NCBI GenBank assembly: GCA_026128965.1
Contig: JAHCIY010000002.1
Location: 1,384,108-1,448,107, forward strand
Source: Labilithrix sp.
Lineage (GTDB): Bacteria > Myxococcota_A > Polyangia > Polyangiales > Polyangiaceae
Reading direction: 5' to 3'
DNA: 64,000 nt
This document shows, in pieces, positions 57,303-64,000 of this stretch; position 1 is the stretch's first letter, and every line of letters starts with the position of its first letter. The notes below the pieces were generated by a model, which was given only the letters and a program-made list of their open reading frames with translations, was not told where the DNA came from and ran no database searches. The position numbers and the translations under genes are program-made.

Positions 57303-57399
57303 TCTCATAGGCACCAGACACCCGATCCAGCATCACCGCACCCGCGACCCCCTGGGCGCGGGGCAAAACCGAACCCGCGACCCCCTGACCGAGGGCGCG

Positions 57400-57425
57400 G
57401 GGCAAAAGACCGAAGGTCTTTTGCT
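57400..57425 (+). promoter_or_regulatory. Perfect 10-bp inverted repeat (hairpin) in the leader of the FHA/TonB_C gene
   Basis: gcaaaagacc-gaa-ggtcttttgc. Preceded by two direct repeats of cccgcgaccccctg..gcgcggggcaaaa. No downstream U-tract. Confidence 0.4.
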
Positions 57426-57450
57426 AACCGCCCGAGAAAGACCAGGAAAG

Positions 57451-59712
57451 ATGGAAGGCAAGGCGAAGGTTGCTCTGACGTTCGCGCTCTACCAGGGCGA
57501 TCAGCTCGTGCGCCGCGACACGATCGCCCAGGACATCGTGAAGGTCGGCAAGGACCCGCGCAGTCACCTGCGCGTCGATGACGATCTCGCGTCGCGCATG
57601 CACGCGGTCATCGAGGTCGCGGGCCCGAACGACATCACCCTGATCGATCTCGGCAACGAGCCGGGCACGATGGTGAACGGCCAGCGCGTCAACAAGTGCA
57701 AGGTGCGTCCGGGCGACCAGATCCAGATCGGGTCGACGATGATTCACCTCGAGAGCGCCGAGCTCGCCGCCGGCGCGCCCGCGCCTGCGCCCACCGCGGG
57801 CGGCACCGCCGCGATGCCGGCGCAGTCGGGGATCTCGGCGCCGCCGCCGCCGCCCACCCCGCAGATGGGCCTCGGCGCTCCGCCGCGCAACACGCCGACG
57901 GAGGCGATCCAGCAGCAGCAGCACTCGACGCAGCTCGGCGGTCACGGCGCTCCGCCGCCCCCGCCGGCCGTCGCCGCCGCGGCCGCGAACCCGTTCGGCG
58001 CGCCCTCGGCCTCGCAGCCGCCGCCGAACCCGTTCGCCGCGCCGGCGGGACATGCCAGCGCGCCGCCTCCGCCGCCGCCGCCGAACCCGTTCGCGCAGGC
58101 GAACCCGTTCGCCGCGGTCGCGAGCCCGTTCGCCGCGGTCGCGAACCCGTTCGTCGCGTCCGCCGCGGAGCAGGGCAACTACGGCATCAACGCGCCGGGC
58201 GGTTCGGACTTCGATCCGAACCAGCCGTACACGTTCTCGCTCGTGAAGAGCGGCCCCGAGGTCCATCCCGACGAGGTCGAGACGCACGCGGCGGCGATCG
58301 AAGTCCTCGTGAAGTGGGACCAGAACACGCTCCACGTCCAGCACAGCTCGCCGCCGAAGAGCTTCTTCGTCGGTGAGGAAGCGAGCGACTACTTCATCCC
58401 GAGCGAGACGCTCGGCACGACGCGCGCGCCGGTCGTCGTCGCGCGCGGCGTCAGCGCGACGCTCATCATGCTCCCGCGCTCGAGCGGCACGGTGGAGATC
58501 CCGGGGCAGGGGACGTTCTCGTTCCAGGACCTCATCGCGTCCGGCCGCGCGCGCTCCTCCTCCGAGATGAGCGGCGCGCACGAGCTCGATCTCCCGAACA
58601 ACGCGAAGGCGAGGATGGAGCTCGAGGGCTCGGGTCTCGTCTTCGAGGTCAGCGCCGTCAACGCGGGCAAGTCGCCGCCGGTCGGCGTGTTCTCGAGCCT
58701 CGAGCCGGCCGCGTACATGTTCATCGGCCTCTCGTTCCTCCTCCACATCGGCATCGTCGCCTCGATGGCGTTCTTCATGCCGAAGATGGGCGGCGACGAC
58801 GCCGAGGCGATCGACCGCGATCAGCTCCTGCTCATGCAGAAGATGCTGAACGCCGCGGCCGAGCGCGAGCAGGAGGAGAAGGAGACCGAGCAGCAGCCGG
58901 ACGCGAACGCCGATCAGAAGGAAGGCGGCACCGGCACGCGCGCGAAGGGGGAAGAGGGGTCGATGGGCAACCCCAACACCCAGGACACGAACAAACGCTA
59001 CGGCGTGCAAGGACCCGCCGACAACGCGGACCCGCACATCGCGCGTCAGGCTGCGCTCAAGGAGGCGCAGGAGTTCGGCATGATCGGCCTCATCAACGTC
59101 GGCGCGGGCGGCGATCCCAACGCCCCGACCGCGCCGTGGGGTCGCGACGACTCGCTCGGCAACGACCCGCTCTCCGCGCGCGGCAACATGTGGGGTGACG
59201 CGATCGGCGACGCGTTCGGCGCCGGCGGTCTCGGCCTCTCCGGCGTCGGCGAAGGCGGCGGCGGTCGCGGCGAGGGCATCGGCCTCGGCAACGTCGGTAC
59301 GCTCGGCCACGGCGCGGGCACCGGCACCGGCCAGGGCTTCGGCAACGGCCACGGCCGCCTCGGCGGCTCGCACGCGACCAAGGCCCCGTCGCTCCGTCAG
59401 GGCACGACGCAGGTCAACGGTCGTCTCCCGCCGGAGGTCATCCAGCGCATCGTCCGCCAGAACTTCGGTCGCTTCCGTCTCTGTTACGAGAACGGCCTCC
59501 GCAACAACCCGACCCTCTCCGGTCGTGTCAGCGTGAAGTTCGTCATCGACCGCTCCGGCGCCGTCTCGACCGCGCAGGACGGCGGCTCGGAGCTCCCGGA
59601 CCAGGGCGTCATCAGCTGCGTCGTCCGCGGCTTCGGCAACCTCTCCTTCCCGCAACCGGAAGGCGGCATCGTCACCGTCGTCTACCCGATCATCTTCAAC
59701 CCCGGCGACTGA
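57451..59712 (+). CDS. FHA-domain inner-membrane protein with Pro-rich linker and TonB_C/AgmX-PglI-type C-terminal domain (GltG/NfsG-like candidate)
   Basis: N-terminal FHA (VKVGKDPRSHLRVDDDLASRMHAVIEV…ITLIDLGNEPGTMVNGQRV). PPPP/NPF-rich region. TM AAYMFIGLSFLLHIGIVASMAFF. Gly-rich segment. C-terminal …VIQRIVRQNFGRFRLCYENGL…GRVSVKFVIDRSGAVS… TonB-C-like fold. Confidence 0.75.
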   Translation: MEGKAKVALTFALYQGDQLVRRDTIAQDIVKVGKDPRSHLRVDDDLASRMHAVIEVAGPNDITLIDLGNEPGTMVNGQRVNKCKVRPGDQIQIGSTMIHLESAELAAGAPAPAPTAGGTAAMPAQSGISAPPPPPTPQMGLGAPPRNTPTEAIQQQQHSTQLGGHGAPPPPPAVAAAAANPFGAPSASQPPPNPFAAPAGHASAPPPPPPPNPFAQANPFAAVASPFAAVANPFVASAAEQGNYGINAPGGSDFDPNQPYTFSLVKSGPEVHPDEVETHAAAIEVLVKWDQNTLHVQHSSPPKSFFVGEEASDYFIPSETLGTTRAPVVVARGVSATLIMLPRSSGTVEIPGQGTFSFQDLIASGRARSSSEMSGAHELDLPNNAKARMELEGSGLVFEVSAVNAGKSPPVGVFSSLEPAAYMFIGLSFLLHIGIVASMAFFMPKMGGDDAEAIDRDQLLLMQKMLNAAAEREQEEKETEQQPDANADQKEGGTGTRAKGEEGSMGNPNTQDTNKRYGVQGPADNADPHIARQAALKEAQEFGMIGLINVGAGGDPNAPTAPWGRDDSLGNDPLSARGNMWGDAIGDAFGAGGLGLSGVGEGGGGRGEGIGLGNVGTLGHGAGTGTGQGFGNGHGRLGGSHATKAPSLRQGTTQVNGRLPPEVIQRIVRQNFGRFRLCYENGLRNNPTLSGRVSVKFVIDRSGAVSTAQDGGSELPDQGVISCVVRGFGNLSFPQPEGGIVTVVYPIIFNPGD

Positions 59713-59744
59713 CGCACAGGGCCTCGCGCCCGCCGCCACGGACG

Positions 59745-59784
59745 GAAGCCGCGCTCGCAAGAGTCGCGGCTTTCTCGTTTTTGT
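59745..59784 (+). terminator. Rho-independent terminator
   Basis: gaagccgcg-ctcgcaagagt-cgcggcttt followed by tctcgtttttgt. Lies 33 nt after the stop of 57451..59712. Confidence 0.55.
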
Positions 59785-59836
59785 AACTTTTGCCGTTCGA
59801 GGCGCACCGCCTGCTTCGTGCTACGGTCGAGACGAG

Positions 59837-60445
59837 ATGTCCGCGAACCCGTCGTCCTCCCAGGTCGCTCCGCCGCGGCGCCTCTCCGACGAGGAGTGGG
59901 CCGCGCTGCCGGAGGACGTCGACGGCGAGCTCGTGGACGGCGTCTTGGTGGAGGAAGAGGCGCCGGATTATGCGCACGAGGCCGTCGTCGTTTGGCTGAT
60001 CTACGTGCTCGCCGGCTGGACGCGCTCCCACGGTGGGATCGTCGGTGGCTCCGAAGCGAAGTTCGTCTTGCAGCGCGGTCGTGGGCGGAAGCCGGACCTC
60101 TCGATGTTTCTTCCCGGGGGAGCGAAGCCGCCGCGTCGCGGCGCGGTTCGAGCTGCACCCGACCTGATGGTGGAGGTCATCAGCCGCGCCTCGCGTGACG
60201 TTCGACGCGACCGCATCGAGAAGATGGACGAGTACGCCGCCTTCGGTGTGCGCTGGTACTGGCTCGTCGACCCGGAGGCGCGGACGTTCGAGATCTACGA
60301 GCGGACCGAGGCCGGCATCTACGCGCGCGTCGTCGGCGCCGCGGAAGGCCGCATCGATACCGTCCCCGGACTCGCCGGCCTCACCCTCGACCTCGACGAC
60401 CTCTGGTCCAAGGTCGACGAGCTCCCGGAAGAAGCCCCACCCTAG
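59837..60445 (+). CDS. Uma2-family (DUF820) endonuclease
   Basis: PDYAHEAVVVWLIYVL…RKPDLSMF…PDLMVEVISRAS…DRIEKMDEYAAFGVRWYWLVDPEARTFEIYER matches the Uma2 pattern. Confidence 0.8.
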   Translation: MSANPSSSQVAPPRRLSDEEWAALPEDVDGELVDGVLVEEEAPDYAHEAVVVWLIYVLAGWTRSHGGIVGGSEAKFVLQRGRGRKPDLSMFLPGGAKPPRRGAVRAAPDLMVEVISRASRDVRRDRIEKMDEYAAFGVRWYWLVDPEARTFEIYERTEAGIYARVVGAAEGRIDTVPGLAGLTLDLDDLWSKVDELPEEAPP

Positions 60446-60479
60446 ACCCGCTCGCGCGAGCTCATGTCAGAGATGGCCC

Positions 60480-60638
60480 ACGCGAACGGGGCTGGGGTGT
60501 CGGGCCGAAGCCCCGACGTTGAGAACGGGGCCCCAGAAGCGGCCGCGAAAGCGGGCGCGAAGCGCCCCGAGCGCAAAGCGCGAGGGCCGTGTCTGGGGTG
60601 GGGGTGTCGGGGGCGAAGCCCCCGACCATGAAGAGACT
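60480..60638 (+). repeat. REP/MITE-like palindromic element (copy 4; two hairpin cores)
   Basis: A degenerate core gtcgggccgaagccccgac is followed by a full core …cgcgagggccgtgtctggggtgggggtgtcgggggcgaagcccccgac. Confidence 0.8.
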
Positions 60639-60676
60639 TGGTAGAACGCGCGCGAGTTTCGTATGCTCGCGTCGCG

Positions 60677-61591
60677 ATGAAGAGGCTTCTGGCAGCGGGT
60701 CTGGCGATTGCGGCGCTCTCGGTCACGGGGTGCAGCCGTAACAACATCGAAGCCGTCAACCTCGCGAACGAGGGGGACCAGGACCGGAAGGCGAACAACA
60801 TCGACGGCGCGATCTCGAAGTACGAGCAGGCCGCGAACCTCGACCCCACCAACCACAAGATCCTCGGGAAGCTCGCGAACGCGTACCAGAAGAAAGAGGC
60901 GTGGGACAAAGTCGTCTCCACGTGCGTCCGCGCGGAGAAGGCGGCGCCGAAGTTCGCCAACTACTACGCGCAGCATGGGCACGCGCTGATCAAGCAGGCC
61001 GAGAAGGGCCCCACCGGCTGGGGCGACGCGAAGCAGCCGCTCGAAGAGGCGATCAAGCTCGACCCCAACATCGCCGACGCGCACTTCGACCTCGCCGAGG
61101 TCTTCTTCCACCTCGACGACGAGGCGAGCGCCATTCAGTCGTACTCGAAGGCGATCATGACGAAGCCCGACGAGCTCTCGTTCTACGGGTACCTCGCGGA
61201 CCTCTACAAGAACCTGAACTACATCGACCTCGCCGAGCAGGTCCTCGTCCAGGGCCTCCCGTTCGCGAAGGAAGGCGACAAGGCCCTCTTCAACATCCAC
61301 TCCCTCCTCGGCGACATCTACGATCGCAAGAAGGACCCGCAGAAGGCGCTCACCGAGTACGAGGCGGCGAAGAAGGCATGCGGCCAATGCAACGAGCCGG
61401 GGCAGCCGATCGCGTATTTCAACCTCGGCGCGGCGTACGCCACGCTCCCGACACCTCGCAAGAGCGAGGCGATGTCGAACCTCCAGAGCTTCCAGAAGGT
61501 CGTGTGCAAGGGGGCGGCGGCGCAGCGGTACGCCGACCAGTGCACGCAGGCCCAGCAGCTCGCGACGAAGCTCGGCGGCACACTTCAGTAA
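60677..61591 (+). CDS. TPR-repeat lipoprotein
   Basis: ATG at 60677. Lipobox LSVTGC. TPR repeats (AISKYEQAANLDPTNHKILGKLANAYQKKEAWDKV…). Confidence 0.7.
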   Translation: MKRLLAAGLAIAALSVTGCSRNNIEAVNLANEGDQDRKANNIDGAISKYEQAANLDPTNHKILGKLANAYQKKEAWDKVVSTCVRAEKAAPKFANYYAQHGHALIKQAEKGPTGWGDAKQPLEEAIKLDPNIADAHFDLAEVFFHLDDEASAIQSYSKAIMTKPDELSFYGYLADLYKNLNYIDLAEQVLVQGLPFAKEGDKALFNIHSLLGDIYDRKKDPQKALTEYEAAKKACGQCNEPGQPIAYFNLGAAYATLPTPRKSEAMSNLQSFQKVVCKGAAAQRYADQCTQAQQLATKLGGTLQ

Positions 61592-61770
61592 GCTGCGCGA
61601 CCGAAGCGCTCACAAGCGACGACATCTCGCAATACAAAAGCTCGAGGGCGCCGAACGTGCCGGAAGCCAAAAGAACCGTTCCCAAATCTCGGACGGTTCT
61701 TGTTAGCCTTCCTCACCGGCCGGCGCGCCTTGCGTCCTGCCTTTTTCGGTTTGGATAACCGAGGGAATCC

Positions 61771-64000
61771 ATGGAACTTCAGGAACGTCTGAAGCAGCTC
61801 GAAACCGTTCGTGACTGGCAGGGGCTCGTCGAGGAGCTCGAAAAAGGCATCCAGTCGACGACTGCGAACGAGTCGAAGGCGAGCTTCCATCTGCGTCTCG
61901 GCAAGGTGCTGGAGTCGAAGTTTCTCTCCGGCGTCAAAGCGCTGAAGCACTTCCAGGACGCGTACAAGCTCAATCCGGCGCTCGGCGAGAGCCTCGAAGC
62001 CGCGCGCGCGGTGTACTGGAGCCTCGGCAAGCTGAACATGGTGCAGAAGCTCCTCGAGCTGGAGCTGCGCACGCACAAAGAAGGGGAGGTCGCGAGCGCG
62101 CTCCTCCTCGAGCTCGCCGACGTCCTTTGCGACATGGGCGACTACGACAAGGCGACGAGCACGTACGCGCGCTCGCTCGCGACGAGCGGCGGCAGCAACG
62201 CCGACGCGCGCGCGTGCCTCGAGGACGTGCAGGCCGAGAGCGGCTCCTGGGAGCAGCACGTCGCTGCGCTCCAGAGCGCCGCCGCCTCCGCGGAGCCCGC
62301 TGCGCGCTGCCGCCTCTACCTGCGCGCCGCGCGCATCACGCGCCGCTTCCAGCCGGACGGCGTGCTCGCGCTGCTGCAGGAGGCCTACGCCGCGGACCCG
62401 AGCGACAAGCAGGCCGCCGCGCTCTTCGAGGGCGCGCTCGCGGAGGCGGGGCAGCTCGATCAACTCGATCAGTTCCAGACGCGCCTCCTCCAGGCGGAGC
62501 CGGATCGCGTCCGCCGCGCGCACCTCGCGCTCGTCTTCGGCACGCGCTGGGTCTCGCGTCATCAGAACGTCGACAGCGGCTCGAAGTACCTCGAGGAGTC
62601 GATCAAGCTCGATCCCGAGAACGAGGGCGCCTTCCACTACCTCCGCGACGCGTACGGCCGGAAGGGCGGCGACTGGGATCGCGTGCTCACGCTCGCCGAA
62701 GAGGCCGTCACCGGCGCCGGCGAGAACGGCAACGCGACCTTCCTCCTCGCGCAGGCGGGCACGATCGCGTGGCGTCAGCTCGGCAACTTGATCCGCGCGC
62801 GCACGGTGTTCGAGCGGCTCAACCAGATCTCGCCCGAGCACCCGATCCTCCGTGCCTTCGAGGCGCAGATCGGCGAGCCGCTCGGGCAGCAGCAGAAGAC
62901 ACCGTCGATCCCGCCGCCGGTCCGCCAGAGCGTGCCGCCGCCCGCGCCGACGCCCTCCCCGCGCGACACGGTTCCCCCGGTTCGCCAGAGCGTGCCGCCG
63001 CCCGCGGCGGTGGTCAGCGAGCCGCCGAAGCCGCTCGTCTCCGAGCCGCCGCCCGCGCCCGTCGTCGTCAGCGAGCAGCCCCCGCAGCAAGTGAGCGCGC
63101 CGCCCGCGCAGGTGAGCGCGCCGCCCGCGCAGGTGAGCGCACCGCCCGCCGCCAGCGTCCCCCCCGCCGGCGATCCCGGCAAGATCGCGGAGCTCCGCGC
63201 GCTCGCCGACAAGCAAGAGGCGAACAAGCGCTACAACGAGTACGTCAAGACGCTCCTCCAGCTCGCGCAGCTCGTGCCCGAGCCCGACGAGAAGGTCGCC
63301 CTCTACACGAAGGCAGCCGAGCTCTACACCGGCAAGTTCGCCAACCAGGCGGAGGCGGTGAAGGCCTACGAGGCGGTCATCGCGATCGATCCGGAGAACC
63401 GGAGCGCGATCGACTACCTCCGTGGAATGTACGAAAAGCGTCGAGACTGGGAGAAGCTCCTCGGTCTCGAGCGGAGGGAGGCGGAGCGCCTCTACGGCGA
63501 CGAGCGCGCGCGGAAGTTCCTCGAGATCGCGAAGCTCGCGACCGAGCGCGTCAAGAAGCCGGACGTCTGCATCGAGCTCTGGGGCCAGGTCCTCGAGAGC
63601 GATCCGTCGAACGCCGAGGCGCTCGGCGCGCTCGCCGGCCTTTACGAGCGCAACAAGGACTACGACACGCTCGCGCAGGTCCTCGAGAAGCAGGCCGAGG
63701 TCACCTTCGACAACGCGGCGAAGGTCCAGATCCTCACGAAGCTCGGCACGATCTACGGCGATCGCCTGAGCAACGACGAGGGCGCGGTCAGCGCCTGGCG
63801 CGCGCTCCTCGCGATCGAGCCGAACGACCGCAAGGCGCAGGAGGCCCTCAAGAAGAAGTACCTCGCGCTCGGTCGCTGGGACGACCTCGAGGTCTTCTAC
63901 GCCGAGAGCGGCAAGTGGGACGAGTTCATCCGCGTCCTCGAGCAGCAAGAAGGCAAGGAGACCAACCCCGAAGCCAAGATCGGGATGCTCTTCAAGATCG
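61771..64000 (+). CDS. Large cytoplasmic TPR-repeat protein, 3'-partial (continues beyond window)
   Basis: RBS gagggaa before ATG 61771. The frame is open to the window end, so it is absent from the complete-ORF track. TPR repeats. Central Pro-rich repeat (PPVRQSVPPPA x2, QVSAPPA x3). No signal peptide. The antisense ORF 61585..63948 is an artefact. Confidence 0.7.
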   Translation, partial: MELQERLKQLETVRDWQGLVEELEKGIQSTTANESKASFHLRLGKVLESKFLSGVKALKHFQDAYKLNPALGESLEAARAVYWSLGKLNMVQKLLELELRTHKEGEVASALLLELADVLCDMGDYDKATSTYARSLATSGGSNADARACLEDVQAESGSWEQHVAALQSAAASAEPAARCRLYLRAARITRRFQPDGVLALLQEAYAADPSDKQAAALFEGALAEAGQLDQLDQFQTRLLQAEPDRVRRAHLALVFGTRWVSRHQNVDSGSKYLEESIKLDPENEGAFHYLRDAYGRKGGDWDRVLTLAEEAVTGAGENGNATFLLAQAGTIAWRQLGNLIRARTVFERLNQISPEHPILRAFEAQIGEPLGQQQKTPSIPPPVRQSVPPPAPTPSPRDTVPPVRQSVPPPAAVVSEPPKPLVSEPPPAPVVVSEQPPQQVSAPPAQVSAPPAQVSAPPAASVPPAGDPGKIAELRALADKQEANKRYNEYVKTLLQLAQLVPEPDEKVALYTKAAELYTGKFANQAEAVKAYEAVIAIDPENRSAIDYLRGMYEKRRDWEKLLGLERREAERLYGDERARKFLEIAKLATERVKKPDVCIELWGQVLESDPSNAEALGALAGLYERNKDYDTLAQVLEKQAEVTFDNAAKVQILTKLGTIYGDRLSNDEGAVSAWRALLAIEPNDRKAQEALKKKYLALGRWDDLEVFYAESGKWDEFIRVLEQQEGKETNPEAKIGMLFKI

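Noticed and set aside
61585-63948. 787-aa minus-strand ORF
   Set aside because: Antisense to the well-formed plus-strand TPR gene starting at 61771. Low-complexity translation.

Overview
High-GC (~70%) bacterial chromosomal segment. The composition, abundant lipoproteins and TPR proteins, Ser/Thr kinases, FHA-type sigma-54 activator and 'Myxococcus cysteine-rich repeat' point to a myxobacterium-like (Deltaproteobacteria/Myxococcota) genome. Housekeeping genes are present: yajC-secD-secF, ftsY, a PLP-dependent cystathionine gamma-synthase/lyase, tRNA-His, a LysR regulator, an HDAC-family enzyme, and MlaF/MlaD-like Mce components. Between them lie many envelope proteins, namely lipoproteins, TPR/HEAT proteins and outer-membrane beta-barrels. 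The most notable content is: (i) an operon of a Ser/Thr kinase plus two paralogous YWTD-beta-propeller lipoproteins and a periplasmic TPR protein; (ii) a set of genes whose domain architecture, sizes and order resemble the Myxococcus Glt/Nfs envelope-spanning gliding-motility/sporulation machinery (tandem OM beta-barrels, three consecutive secreted TPR proteins of 581/1245/474 aa, a 95-aa secreted protein, and an FHA-TM-TonB_C-like protein), interrupted by an FGE-sulfatase gene; (iii) a multi-copy palindromic REP/MITE-like element at four loci, one of which has expanded into a ~1-kb noncoding tandem-repeat array. Many long ORFs in the six-frame track are GC-driven antisense or read-through artefacts and were trimmed or rejected. 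All functional calls are from motif and architecture recognition by eye; no database search was possible.
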